Part shown: positions 24,475-38,703 of the stretch, piece after piece
Layout of the letters: each line of letters opens with the position of its first letter
Position numbering within the stretch: position 1 is the stretch's first letter
NCBI RefSeq assembly: GCF_006345805.1
Contig: NC_043011.1
Coordinates: 56,804,464 to 56,868,463 of the forward strand
Direction of reading: 5' to 3'
Length of the DNA: 64,000 nucleotides
DNA from: Octopus sinensis
Lineage: Eukaryota
Translations under genes and position numbers: made by a program
The notes under the pieces: model-generated
What the model saw: only the letters and a program-made list of their open reading frames with translations
The model's database searches: none
What the model was told of the DNA's origin: nothing

Positions 24475-26350
24475 ATTGAATATTGTGGTCTTTTGAAAAC
24501 TGAGGAGATAGTCATGGCTGGAATGCCTTTGGTCTTAGGTCTTCTCTATCAGAATTGACTTGAGGGCCAAACATCCTGAACAACAGCTGTATCCAATATC
24601 CATTGGCTGTAAGTCACATTTGGCAAACCTGCTAACTTTTCCTCCTCTTCCTTTTCCTCCTCCTCCTACCAATTATGCCGGTAATTAAAAAGCTGTGTAA
24701 ATTACATCTTAATAGAGAATTACAACTGACTGAACTGTCAACCAAATGGCTGACTGCAAAGCCATTATCGTCTGGATGTCTTATGTGTCACTTCTTTACA
24801 AACGTATTTATAAAAAGCATCTGCGTAAAGCACAGGCATGGCTGGGTGGTTGAGAGACTTGCTTCTCAGTTGTGTGATTTCCGGTTCAGTCCCACTGCGG
24901 GGAATTTTGAGCAAGTGTCTTCCACTATAGCCCTGGACTGACCAAAGCCTTATGAGAACAGATCTGGTAGATAGAACTTGAAAGAAGCTCATTATGTGTG
25001 TGTGTGTGTGTGTGTGTGTGTCTCTTTGTTTTGATATTGTGTGATTGCTGTAAATGAATGTCACTCATTTCTAGTCTTCTATGGAAACATCTCTGGCCAG
25101 TGGGGGAAATATCAACCTTGCTTAGAAACAGGTGAAGGTTGATGACAGGAAAGGCATCTGGCTGTAAAAGATCTGCTGCAATAAACTTTTTCCTACCCAT
25201 GGAAAAGTGGACGATAAAATGATGATGATGATGTTTATGGATGTGTGTGTGCGTGCGTGTGGGTGTGACTGGCCCAATGATGGATATAACATATTGCTGT
25301 TAGCAGTCAAGAGGATGTGCGAGGTGAGGTTGTATAATTAACAAGTGTTTCAGAAGATTTTTCTATTTTATCAGTGCCAGGATCAAATCACACCATACGA
25401 ACTATAGTTTGGAAGGGGATGCTTGGGCAAATCTGAATTTTGCTGAAATCTTTTCAGAAGCATCCATGCAACCTAATAAATTACTGACATCCACCTTAAA
25501 ACCAATCCATATTTGTATATCTTTTTTTCTTTTCCCTATTTACGCATGTTATCACCTAAGGGCAGTTTCTATTCGCAACAAATCAACAATTAAAAAAAAC
25601 ATCCTGTTCAAAAAAGACAAAATATTTTTCTCTCTATTTAGAAACCAATTCTTCGTTTCTTTCACACCATTTCCTTCTTCTTTCTTAGCTTTAATTTTTT
25701 TCCTTCCTTTCTTTCGTCCTACTCTTTTTATTCTGTATTTTTATTCTTTTTTACTTTCTGTGTTTACTTCTTCCTTCCTTTCCTTGCCTGTCTTCTCTCT
25801 TTCTCCTTATGTCGCTTATTACGTGCAGCCAGCAGATGTCGCTGTGTGGTTAAGAAGCTTGCTTCCCAACTACATGGGCTTGGGTTCAGTCCCACTGTGA
25901 TGCACCTTGGACAAGTGTCTTCTACTATGGACTCGGTCCAACTAAAGCTTTATAAGTGAATATGGTCGCTGGAAACTGAAAGAAGCACACACACACACAT
26001 AGGCAGAATTAGGAAGGGCATCCAGCCATAGAAACCATGCTAAAACAGACAAATAGAGTCTGGGCAGCACTCCAACTGGCCAGCTGCTGCCAAACCACTC
26101 AACCCATGCCAGCATGGAAAATGGATGTTGACTGATGATGATGCTTGATTAACAGCTCAATCAATCAATCAATCAGCTAAATTCGTCAAAGTCCTTTATT
26201 TTGCCATTTTTGACCTAATCAATGATATGTTCTCTCCAGTCTATGTGTGTTTCAGATCTGTCAGTCTCTTTCTTAATTTACAGGTTCATCATCATCATCA
26301 TCATCATCTAACATCCATTTTCCATACTGGCATGGGTTGGATGGTTTGGC

Positions 26351-27020
26351 AGGAGTTGGCAAGGCCAGGGACTGCACCTGGCGCCAGTTGTCTGTTGTGG
26401 CTTGGTTTCTACAGCTGGATGCCCTTCCTAATGCCAACCACTCCAGAGTGCTCCACTGGATGCTTTTTACATGGCACCATCACCGGTCAGGTTCTTATTT
26501 GTCATTGTTTATGGCTTCTGGCCAGCTGTGATACAATAGACCTATGGTCAAAGGCATCCCAGCCATGACCACCCTTTCTTAATAGCGTTATATGCTCACT
26601 GGGACTGATAGTATTTATGTATTGACAACAAGGCGCAGCATTTGTAGATTCATATTGGACCCCTTCACCTGTGGTACCTCTGGATGACTGCCCTGTGGAT
26701 CCATTCTGTAAGACACCACTGTCTAGGAGCAGACATGTGTATGTGATTTGAAAGAAATACTATCAGTCCCAGTGAGTCTATAATGCTATTAAGAAAGGAT
26801 GGTCATGGCTGGGATGCCTTTGACCATAGGTCTATTGTATCACAGCTGGCCAGAAGTCATAAACAATGACAAATAAGAACCTGACCAGTGATGGTGCCAT
26901 GTAAAAAGCATCCAGTGGAGCACTCTGGAGTGGTTGGCATTAGGAAGGGCATCCAGCTGTAGAAGCCAAGCCACAACAGACAACTGGCGCCAGGTGCAGT
27001 CCCTGGCCTTGCCAACTCCT
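26351..27020. repeat. Long inverted repeat: 266-bp arms (26351-26616 and 26755-27020) with a 138-bp spacer
   Basis: Manual ungapped alignment of the left arm with the reverse complement of the right arm gives 7 mismatches in 266 bp. Confidence 0.95.
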
Positions 27021-27435
27021 TACTTCCCAACAGATTCAGTGCCAACCGTGTCTTAGAGACTTTACCATTCTTTGTTAGTAGTGTTTCTAATTCAGTATTG
27101 TAATTAGAAAGAGACAAAACCAAAAAAAAACCCCCAAAAAACCCCAAAAACAAAACAAAAACGTTGAAGAATGAGAAGAGAGGATGGTCTTTGACATTAT
27201 TAAGATATATCTAAGACACAATGACAAATGGTGTTGTGATTTTTCAGAAAAGTTTTTTTCTTTTTGTTCTATTATATTTATCTGTTATTTTTAAACTTTT
27301 GTTCTCGTCTAATGCTGTAATCCTTTTGTTAATTATTGATGAGAGCTGATTTCACTTTTTCAGTCTGTTTCATTTACATTATTTATGTTTAATAACAACA
27401 ACAACGACAACACTAATAATGCTAATACTAATAAT

Positions 27436-27473
<38 letters not shown>

Positions 27474-29716
27474 GTTGTGTTGGTGCACTAGAACCTTTCA
27501 AAAGACCGTTGAAAGCATGCTGTTGATGATGATGATGATGATATTGTTGCTGTTGTTTAGTTTTATGTTGTAACTTCAGACGAGGAAATTCTTCTCACGG
27601 TTGATTGATTTGATTTATATCCCATTTTCTCAACAATAGCATCACTGGTTACAGGTTTCCAGCAGGCCAACTCATTGCTTCGTTGGATTTCTGTTGGTAA
27701 GAATGACAAGGGATTTGTCTGCTGGAACAAATGCTGCAAATGATTTTTTTCTTTTTTTTTTTTTTTTTCTAAAAGCACCGTTCTTTTACTTTCTTTCTTT
27801 TTTCCCCCCGTATAATCAACAGAAGATGCATCATATTCTGTATTTACTTGCATATGATGTGATCTCAAATATAATGGAGTACCCCCACCCCCACCCCGAC
27901 ACATACTTTTTGTACTTGAAAATCAGTTATATATTATTTTGGCCTTCTATCTCTATCTTTTAGATTTTTTACACTCCAGTATAATGTTGTCCCTGAATTC
28001 TCCTTGATTTTGTTTTTGTATTGCATTTCTTGCATTATACTCGAGTCACTATTGCGTGTGTGTGTGTATGAATAGTTTTTTAGTTTTTTTTTTTAATTAA
28101 AACTGAAGCTGAGAATTTGTCTTGACGTGAGTTTCAAGCCCCTGTGATCTTCAGGTGAAACTCAACTTGTCAGATAAACTCTCAGCATCAGTTTTAATTC
28201 TAAAAATCCATAAACTCTATAACATATATTCTCATTTGTCCAACTTTAAAGTATGTACACACACAAACACACACACACATGATGAGCTTCATTCAGTTTC
28301 CATCTACCAAAGCTGTTCACAAGGTTTTGGTTGGCCTGGGCTTATAGTAGAGGACACTTGCCCAAGGTGCCATGTAGTGGGACTGAACTCAAAACCACAT
28401 GGCTGGAAAGCAAGCTTCCTAACCACACAGCCATGCCTGCACCAGTATATATATTATACATACAAGTACACTCACACACATGATGAATTTTGCTCTGTCA
28501 ACTTCCACTCACTTGGCATTGGTCAGTCAGGTCAATTCTATGACTGTGCTCTGCAACCTTTTTACACTTGTGGTACACTTATAGTCTTTTCAGAATTTGG
28601 CAGCACACCTGAACTAAAAATATAACTAAAAATCAAGGGGCAAAAAATTATATTCAGGTTCCACTGTGACACAGCTACCATCAGAGCCCTGTTCTAGGAT
28701 ATGGTCGAAGACCCAGGCAATTTCCCAAAGTGAGACTATGATGCAGTTGGTTGTGAAGCGAGCTTGCTAAACCACACAGCCGCCCTCCTCCCACCCAAAT
28801 GGCTTCTCTAATACCACTGTAACTGTATTATTACTTTGAATTCTCCAACCACTTATTAATAGCTGCTGTCAAGTAATCAAGCCAACGCTAATCACTCAAA
28901 GCCATAACTGATTATTTCTCTCACCGCCTCCTCCCCTTCCCTTCCTCCTCCCCCTCCTCTCTCATCAATCCTGACTTTTAACAAAAGTAAACTAGTAATG
29001 GATTCTATCGGAGATAGCTTAGGTTAGTTGTTGTTACCCTGGTAATAACGAGCCAAGGTAGACTGTGACACAACTTCTCTCACATCAATTTTCTTCCTTT
29101 CTTAACTCTTTGTTGCCTTCTTTCTTTCTTTTTATCCTTTCTTTCCTTCCTCCTTTTCCTCTTTCCCTTTGTATTTCTTTCTTTTTTTTCTTTTCTTTTC
29201 TTTTGTACTTTTGTACTTTTGTCCCTTCTGTTTGTGTTTTCTTTCCTTGCTTTCTTCTCTATCTTCCTTTTTCTTTCTTCATCTTTTATTCGCTCAATTG
29301 TTTCTGTTTCTTTCTACCCCCCCCCCCCCGGCCACCAACTCTGTCTCATTGCTATTTATTCCACTACGACTCACCTTTGCAATGTCTAACGAACATCATG
29401 AAACTTCCTATTCAGAATCAATGTTCTTTTCATTTATTTTTCTTTTCACTTTTTTTTTTTTCCTTCTTTTATATAAATATTTTATCCGACCACCACCACT
29501 GATTAAACCATTGTCATATGTTGCTGTTAAAAACAAAAATACACAACTGCCAAAGAAATAGGGATTGAATAACTGAACTGACCTTGCAACGAGGTTTCCC
29601 AAGTGCATTAATTGAATTGACTTGTGGGTCCTGGCTAAAAATGAGCTGCCAATAAGGAAACCTTTCTAAAGTCACTCAAACCATAAATAGCAGTCCTTTA
29701 TATTACACCCAACATA

Positions 29717-30180
29717 ATCATCATCATCATCATCATTTAGCGTCCGCTTTCCATGCTAGCATGGGTTGGACGGTTCTACCGGGATCTGGGAAGCCAGAAG
29801 GCTGCACCAGGCTCCAGTCTGATCTGGCAGTGTTTCTACAGCTGGATGCCCTTCCTAACGCCAACCACTCCGTGAGTGTAGTGGATGCTTTTTACATGCC
29901 ACCGGCACAGGTGCCAGGCGAGGCTGGCAACGGTCACGATCGGTTGGTGCTTTTTATGTGCCACCGGCACGGAAGCCAGTCAAGGTGGCGTTGGCATCGA
30001 CGATGTTCAGTTGGTGCTTTTTGCATGCCAGTGGCACGGATCACAACTGCAATTTCCATTGATTTTTTATGTTGATGTACTTGACTCAATAGGTCTCCTC
30101 AAGCACAGGGTCGAAACAGTGTTTCTTTACTTGCCACCTGCACAGGAGTCCATTCAGCGGCACTGGCAACTGCCGGGTGT
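29717..30180 (-). mobile_element. Young RTE-tail SINE-like element with an internal tandem repeat of about 60-66 bp and a (GAT)n tail
   Basis: The plus strand shows (CAT)n-TTTAGCGTCCGCTTTCCATGCTAGCATGGGTTGGACGG...GGATGCCCTTCCTAACGCCAACCAC. GTTGGCGTTAGGAAGGGCATCC on the element strand resembles RTE-clade 3' ends. GTGCTTTTT..GTGCCACCGGCAC units repeat. Confidence 0.8.
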
Positions 30181-30201
30181 GGACGATTTAGTTTTCTAGA
30201 T

Positions 30202-30409
30202 CTATGGTTCTCAGATGCTGCATCATGGCATACTGGTGCACTGCAAAGAGTATCAAGGTCTGTTGTAGATTTTTAGAAATATTACTTAAAACTTTAGAAA
30301 ATCCCCACTAATTTTCAAGTGCCTTAAAAACATGTTATTCACATTTTACCCTATCTCCTTTCTCCTTTCTATTTGGTCTCCATTAAGTCAAAAAGATTAA
30401 GAACCACTG
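30202..30409. mobile_element. Possible hAT-type MITE
   Basis: The ends CTATGGTTCTCAG ... TTAAGAACCACTG approximate a CAGTGGTTCTCAA TIR. No clean 8-bp TSD. Confidence 0.45.
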
Positions 30410-32110
30410 ATGTCCTAGATATAACCCCTTGAAAAGCAATGCAGAAAGATGTGATATAATCATGACTGGAATGCCTTAGATCATAAAGTCTGATAAATTT
30501 TCATTTGTTTCCATTGAACTGGGATTAAAAGACAACAACCAGCATCCCTGATGAAGCTGTTGTTGTTGTTAATGCTGTGCTGTATTAGTTCTCCCCTTTC
30601 ATTCTGAGTTCAGTACCATCAATTCGCTGTCCATCTTTTGGGACCATCATCATCCAATTAGAAGAAGAACAGGGTGTTTGAAACTGAATGAAGGTAGTGC
30701 TAAACCTCACACTGAATCCTTGCTAAAGGCTCACGAGAGTGATGTGGTGGTGTTAAACTGGCTCGAGCTGATATTTGAAGACAACCCAAATCTTTCCTTT
30801 TACTGTTCAAGAGTCCAGTTCCCATTGGTTTGAAGGCAGCTACATTAGCCAATCTGAAGTCTGTTCTCTTATTGAATTACAACCTAGAGACTAAATCTGT
30901 GAGCAACCTGAATTTTCTTTATAAATTAGCATAGAGAGTATAATTTGGGACAACACTGAGTTTTTAATAACACGTCACACAAGTGGATTATCAAGGCTTT
31001 ACAATTAGTCAAAATCCCTATTCAAAACTTAACCAAGACCTCTAACGCCACATTTATTGGTATAGATGCTGATCTTTGATTCTGTTTTCAGTTCTTGCAC
31101 TTATAATATCATTAATAAATTCAATATAAAAAATATTCTTAGCTCTGCTTTATTCCTTTAGCATTTAAACCAATCATATCTGGCCCAAATATTCTGTTTT
31201 CTGTTCAAACTAACTAGGTCTGGCCTCTCACACCTAGCCCACAATGTCATCATTGAAATCTTGAAATACTTGATTAATTCAAAACAATGTGAATAAATGT
31301 GACTTTTGATAGAATTTTTGGATTGTAATCCCTCAGGAAGAGCACAGAATTCCAACAGCTGAAGAAATTTCATTTTGGGTGCAGCTTAATAGAATTGGTT
31401 TTCTTCTTTCTTTTTTTTTTTAATTATTTTAATTAGCAAATTAACTTTGATAGAATTCTGAATTCTGGTATTATTAAAATATCAATTCTTGCTCTTGAAC
31501 ACTCAACTGCTGATTGTAACCAGTCTGAAGTTCCTATAAGAATTCTCCCCCCCCCTTCACCTCCCATGATTTTATAAAAGAAATGCCAAAAGGATGTTTT
31601 AGTGTCCTTATTAACTTCTTTGCTTGTTCTGCTTTAGGTTCTATATCTATATCAGATTTAGTTCAGAACATAATTCTTTCTGGCATAGCATTGGTTCCAC
31701 AAGTGTGAAATTCAGGAACATAAAACATCTTTTTAGATATTAATTTCCATGTAAAACTACAGAGAAACGTGTCTTCAGACATGAGTTATGATATTGTCTA
31801 AATCGGCAGAAGCAAACTAGATTTCAAGTGATACTGGAGTGAGTGCTTGCGCGCGTGTGTGTGTGTGTGTGTGTGTGTGTGTTCTGTAATTCTTATCAAG
31901 AAGTGATAACATAGAATAAGAGAGAACTCAATACTGCATAGATGAAATGTGTCAAAACACACACACACACACACGTGTGTGTCTGCATCTATATATAAGT
32001 ATATATATGTATTTATATATGTATATATACACACACAAACACACACAGACTCACACACATACATACATACATACATACATGCGTGTGTGTGTGTCTCCAC
32101 ACACAACACA

Positions 32111-32150
<40 letters not shown>

Positions 32151-33304
32151 TATATATATATGTATGTATGTATAAATATATGGGATATAAATACTTTGGT
32201 AATTTCATGAACACATTTGTTAGTGTTTTTTTGAGAATTCCTTTAATCTTATCTTATTCTATGGCATTAAAACTTTAGTGATAGAGAAACGAGAATCTTG
32301 TGAAAAATCAATGAATTTATTTAATAAAAATCACAGTGCTAAAATAACAATGCAAGATGGCTTGTTTGATATCCTGTCTCATCACATATTTAACTGATCA
32401 AATTAATATTGAAGTTAGATTCTTTTAAGTTATTGTGCAGTGATGGAGAGTTGTTCTTTTTTTTTTTTTGGCTTTTCGAATAGTGATTTAGTTAAGAATA
32501 ACAAACCTGAGAATTAACCATTGTTTTTTTTTTGTTGGGTTTTGTTGGTTCTTTTTTTTCTTTGGTTTTTTTTGCTTGTGTTCGTGTTCCAACCTCCATT
32601 GTTCTCTGGCAAGCCTTACTCTCTGTCTGTGTCTTTGTTTACGTCAACTAAAAAAAAAATCTTCATGTAGAGAGAGAGAGAGTGGGGAAAGGGAGAGAGA
32701 GAGAGAGCGAGTGAGAGAGAGGCGTCAGCAAAGGTACGGATGACTGATCTTTCATCTTTTGCTCTTCTTCTTTACTTGTTTTAGTCTTTGGACCGTGGCC
32801 AAGCTGGGGCAGCACCTTCAAAAGTTTTAGCCAAACAAATCAGCAGCAGTACTTATTTTTTTAAGTCCTGCATTTATTTATTCAATCAATCTCTTCTGCT
32901 GAATTGAAAAGTTACGGGGACATAAACAAACCAACAGCGATTGTGAGGCTGTGGAGATGGGGGGGCCACACACACGTTCATGCGTGCGCGCACACACATC
33001 TTGACATTGAGTAATATTTGTGAGTGAGTGTCACTGCTATACAGGCTGAGTCATTCCTTTCTAATATTGTGTGCAAAACATTTCTGGCCATGAGGAAATA
33101 TTGCCTTTGTTGGAAATAGGCGAGGGTTGATGACAGGTAGAGCGTCTGGCTGTAGAATATCTGCCACAGTGACCCATGCAAATATTGAAAAGTGGATGCT
33201 AAAATGATGATGATGTTGATGATGTTTGTGGCAGTGGTGGTGGTAGTGGTGGCTGTGGCAACGGCAAAGCTGAATTTTACTAGAAATTACAAACTTATGT
33301 ATAT

Positions 33305-33533
33305 ATTTCTTTACTGCCCACAAGGGGCTAAACATAGAGGGGACAAACAAGGACAGACAAAGAGATTAAGTCGATTACATCGACCCCAGTGTGAAACTGG
33401 TACTTTATTTATCGATCCCGAAAGGATGAACGGCAAAGTCGACCTCGACGGAATTTGAACTCGGAACGTAACGACAGACGAAATACCGCTGAGCATTTCG
33501 CCCGGCATGCTAACGTTTCTGCCAATTCACTGC
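33305..33533 (-). mobile_element. Best-preserved tRNA-derived SINE, family B (reference copy)
   Basis: The element strand has TGGCAGAAACGTTAG (box A-like), GAGTTCAAATTCC (box B) and GAGGTCGACTTTGCCGTTCATCCTTTCGGGATCGATAAATAAAGTACCAG. CpGs are intact. Confidence 0.9.
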
Positions 33534-34141
33534 ATAGGAAAGGTATTTCTCAGTTGGATGGTATCATGGATATTTTGGGTATAAAAATCATTCTACTGTG
33601 GAACAACCAATCAGAATAGTAGCCTTGATAATATAAGCATTACTCATTTAACCACTGTTGCTCAAGATTCCATTAATGGTATGATGGTGGCTCCTACTTT
33701 TAACCGAATTTAGTATGATGGTGGCCAGACGCAGGAAATTCCGAGGAATTTAAGGATTCAACAGGATAGTTGGCAGCTTTGCAGAATCTAGAAGTGTATC
33801 TATAGATTTTACAAGTTGGTGAATCTCCTCAAGTGCGATCAATATCACCAACTTACTGTTTATGCTGTTGACAGTGATATATATTTGAGTGCAAGTATTG
33901 ACTTTCTGCACCAGTACGTATAGTTTCGTTGGTCGTCTTGGAAATTTGGAAATATTCTTGTTATTAGTTCATCAAGTAATGAACCTGATGGACTGCTAAT
34001 TAGAGATGAAATTAAATTAATTATTTTTATTGTTATTAAATATTTCCTCAATAAAAAGTTGTTTGTCTGCTCAGAATCGGAAAACGAGTCCTTCAGTACT
34101 TTCTGTATAGTTCTAGCTTAAATGTTGAGTGATTGCTATAT

Positions 34142-34192
<51 letters not shown>

Positions 34193-34315
34193 AGAGAGGG
34201 AGAGGGAAGGATTCTTTTACTACTCTGAGTTTCTCCTTTCTTGAACACAAAATTTCCACTGCTTTCTCCCTTCGTCATACATAGATGGATTGTCAAGTAA
34301 GTGGTAAGATATATG

Positions 34316-34698
34316 TGTAGGTGTGGCTGTGTGGTAAGTAGCTTGCTTACCAACCACATGATTCCAGGTTCAGTCCTACTGCGTGGCTCCTTGGTGGCAA
34401 GTGTCTTCTACTATAGTCTCAGGCTGACCAAAGCCATGAGTGGATTTGGTAGACAGAAACTGAAAGAAGCCCATAATATATGTATATATATGTGTGTATA
34501 TGTTTGTGCGTCTGTGTTTGTCTTCCCCACCATTGCTTGACAACTGATGTTGGTGTGTTTACATCACCATAACTTAGCGGTTTGGCAAAACAGACCGATA
34601 GAATAAGTACTAGGCTTACAAAGAATAAGTCCTGGGGTTGATTTGCTCGACTAAAGGCAGTGCTCCAGCGTGACCACAGTCTAAAACAAATTAAAGAA
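34316..34698 (+). mobile_element. tRNA-derived SINE, family A
   Basis: Colinear with 22962-23372. Confidence 0.9.
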
Positions 34699-35451
34699 TA
34701 TATATATATATATATATATATAGACTGGGTGCTCTGTCAGTTATGGCAGTTTGCTAGCTGAGTTGACTGGTGCAATGTGAAATAAAGTGTCTTGCTCAAG
34801 CACACAACACTCTGCCAGGAATCAAACTCACGCTTTACGATTGAGTTGAATGCACTAACTATTAAGCCAGGTGTGTATGTAGACACACAAACACACACAC
34901 ACACACATGTATAATGATATATTTATGCACACACATATATGTAAATGTAGGGGTTCCTCACAGTTTCCATCTATGAACTTCCATTCATAAAGCACTGGTC
35001 AGCTTAATGCTGTAATAGGAAAAAATTACTTAATGTACTGTGCAGTGAGATTGAACCTGCAACAAAGTGGCTGGAAACCAATCCTGTTAACTCTGTGGCC
35101 ATATTGCAATACAAGAATTTGTCTTCACCTTCACTTCTTATTTATCATCATATCAGCCTGGAAATTACCATTAATTTGAAGTTGCTGTCCTGTTATAAGT
35201 TTGTCCAGATCTTGAAATCTAAATATTTGTGGAAGTGGTGAAAGGCTTTTGCGTAAAAGCTGAACAACGTTCTTTTCTTATTAATGACTGCAGCACGGCT
35301 AACGATCTGTGAAATGGCAGTGGCGTCGGTGGCAGCAGAGTGTGTTAATTAAGAATAGATTAGTTTAGTTCAGTCATTGATGCCAACATGGAGAAATAGG
35401 GAGAGAAAACTGACTGATAAAAGCGGTGTTGTGACTTGATGCTACTAAGGA

Positions 35452-35584
35452 GGATGATGATGATGATGGTGGCAGTGAAAGTGGTGGTGGTGGTGGTGGT
35501 GGTGGTGGCGGTGATGATGGTGGTGGTGGTGGTGGTGGTGGTGGTATTGGTGGTGGTGATGGTGGTGGTGGTGGTGGTGGTGAT
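35452..35584. repeat. (GGT)n/(GAT)n microsatellite
   Basis: Direct reading. Confidence 0.95.
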
Positions 35585-36033
35585 GTTAGGGTTGATAATG
35601 CAGTAAATGGTAGGGGACAATGGAAAGAAAAACTTGGAGGATAACAATGGCTGGAAGTGTTATTGGTGCTTAACTCCAGATTAGTTCTGAACAAACAGAT
35701 ATTTTTGATCAAGAGCTTTCTTGCTGTGACCATCCTGTCTTTAAGACAGAGTATATCTCGGAATACATTATACAACGTAACCATCCATTTTTTTTTAAAG
35801 ACATATTTATCTTGAGAGAGATTTAGCTGTTATTTCTACCATGTGTGGCCATGTAGAGGACTCATACAGGCAGCTGTAGTCTTGAAAATGATAATGGTGG
35901 TGGATGGGTTGTGGTGTTGATGGTGATGGCCATAGACGGAGAGTTAGTTGGTAGTTAAGTTGGCAGTGATGACTGATCAAAATGTTTTAGGCTTAGTTAA
36001 TGACTTATTATTTATCATTACATTTTTGTTTAA

Positions 36034-36254
36034 CCCTTTAGTGTTCACATTATTCTGCCAAAATTAATGCTTTTTAATCCACATTGTTTGGAACTAATCC
36101 TGCATTATCTTGTAGCTATGAGAGTTTAATGAGGTAGCTTTTAATTTTTAAAACGATATTGTAGGGTTGGTGTGAGAGACCAGATCTAGCCAGTTTGAAC
36201 TTAAAACAGGCAGAATACTTTTGGCCGGATATGGCCGGTTCAAATGCTAAAGGG
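36034..36254. mobile_element. TTAA-flanked MITE (piggyBac-type), family 2
   Basis: TTAA|CCCTTTAG ... CTAAAGGG|TTAA. A diverged second copy is at 53007-53210. Confidence 0.85.
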
Positions 36255-38237
36255 TTAATGCCTATAATAAAATAACCGAATGTAACTAAATACGCTGCAG
36301 AGGTTTGCGTGTTGCTCCCTGCTCCTCGTAGAATGTTCTCTGTTAAGGAAAATTAAGATTAGGAAGACTTGAATTATCTAATGTAATAACTGACGTAAAA
36401 TTAATGGGGCAAGCGAGAAATGAGAACAGCTGGAGAGGTAGGGAAGTGGGGGGTGGAGGTAACTGCTGTTTAAGTCAGCAGAATTGATGGCAACAATAAA
36501 TCCGAGAATTCCTCGAGGGAGAAGAAACAAATGTTTAAATGGTTTCATCAGGAATCTTTTACTGAGAAGTACTTTTAGAGTAGAACAGTAAATACACCAA
36601 AGACTTTCTGGTTTATTACGTTGTTATTAATATTTCGGGGAGGAACTTGGGTCAGATGTGGTGCAGAGTGGATCCTGTAGCCCCTTGGTTGGTTCATTGA
36701 GACGTAGTGGAAGATTTGGCATTCTGTACAACAACAACAACAAGCATTTTGAAGTCATTTTCTCCTGCTAAAACAGGAACAAGGGTTAGTCTTGCAGGGC
36801 TCCATTCAGTCTTCCTCTCTGTTTTGCCTTATCCTCTGCCTCTTCCCTCACTGACCTTCTTGTGAAGGTGCATGGCTCTGTGGTTAGAGTATTTGGTTCA
36901 TGATCTGAATGTCATGGGTTCAATCCCTGGTGGTTCATTATGTCCTTCAGCTGAGCCCTTTATTTCACTTAGCTGGTAAAAATGAGTAGCATCTGTATTT
37001 CGAAGGGCCAGTCTTGAAATATTCTTTGTTACACTGAATCTTCCTGAGAACTACATTAAGGGTACGTGTGTCTATGGAATACTCAACTACTTGCACATTA
37101 ATTTCACGAGCAAGTTGTTCCATTGGTCAAATCAACTGGAACCCTTGTCTTTGTAACCAATTTGCTCAACTAAAAGCGGTGCTCCAGTGTGGCCACAGTC
37201 AAATGATTGAAACCTGTAAAAGAGTAAATGGAATGTTGGTTTTTAAACTCTCTTTGTACTATCTTTGTTGTACCTCTTTACAGCTAGATAGACTGTACTG
37301 TCGATAGTTAAGTGCCTTTGCTATTCCCATAGTTGACTGTTAATGACAACTTGAATTGCCTGGTAGTTTGTCATCCACCCTGACGAGTGAATTGGCACAG
37401 AAACACTGATTGGCCAAGTGATGGGAATTGTTGAGTCAGTCATTACGTATAAAGGGGTGTTTTATTTATCTACACATAAATATTGTATGGTTTTGTTATT
37501 GAGATTTTGGCAAGGAGTGTTGCAGATTCCACCAACGTGAAGGAAATAAGATTGGTTTGTGTGCCTTGGCCATGGATACTGCTTTGCATCACCAGTAATG
37601 GAATTCTTAACTGTTGACTCTTAAATCATCTAATTTGACACGCTTTGATTTCTTCATCGATGGAATGGTTATCTTCATAAGTGTGAATTCCAATGAACCA
37701 AGAAGACAGCTTGCAAACAAAGGTCACGAAATGTCATCTGTTCTTGATCCCATCGGAGCTACTTGGAATTGGCACTTCAAACTAACAAACCACTTTTGCA
37801 CACTCCTGCCGCTGCTAAAGACCAATAAGCCAAACTTGCCCAAGGTACCTTATCTATAGCAAGAATTAATTATTTTAGATTTTGGTGATGGCCACCTCTC
37901 AACCACCACTGCCGCTACCACCAGTGATGGAATACAAACTGTTGACCCTTAAATTAGCGTGTCTAGCAGGCGTCCTTATTGACAAAGGGGACTCTCTTTT
38001 ACTTTCCTGATCAATAGAAATCTTCTGCTCTGATAGAAATCTACTCATTTGGCCGTCATTAATAATTCCAAAACAAACACAAACAACTACAAAAGCCAAA
38101 AACATCACAAAACAAACGCTCTTTATGAGCTGCTCCCAAATTCAATGATCTTATTCCCAGCACAGGCTAGAATTAACTACTGTCTGAATCATACACATTG
38201 ATTAACTACAGTGAACACAGTAGTAGTAGTAGTAGTA

Positions 38238-38270
<33 letters not shown>

Positions 38271-38545
38271 GGTTTATTAACTTAATCTCATCGTTCATTG
38301 TCACTCGAGTGCTTTATCTAAAATTACAGAAGCTAACTATTATTACTAGGGATCAATAGAATGTAGTTGCCATTGCCTGCTGATTCTGATGTAACAATCT
38401 TCCATTAATTCACCAATGTCACTCTGCATGGAAGTCTCCTATTATTCTAAAAGTGACGATACTCATGATGATGTATACACACACATATATACAGACATAT
38501 ATGTAGTTATATAGGTTTTATACATATACAACATACATACATACC

Positions 38546-38553
38546 CAAGTATG

Positions 38554-38596
<43 letters not shown>

Positions 38597-38601
38597 ATAT
38601 G

Positions 38602-38635
<34 letters not shown>

Positions 38636-38671
38636 TATATATATATGTATGTGTATGTATGTATGTGTATG

Positions 38672-38703
<32 letters not shown>

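Noticed and set aside
29880-30180. Regularly spaced repeats resembling a CRISPR array (also 50085-50215)
   Set aside because: The whole unit repeats rather than unique spacers, it lies inside a dispersed retroposon, the DNA is eukaryotic, and there are no cas genes.
33813-33854. Hairpin AAGTTGGTGA...TCACCAACTT as a possible pre-miRNA
   Set aside because: The stem is only about 10 bp, and it matches no conserved miRNA I recognise.
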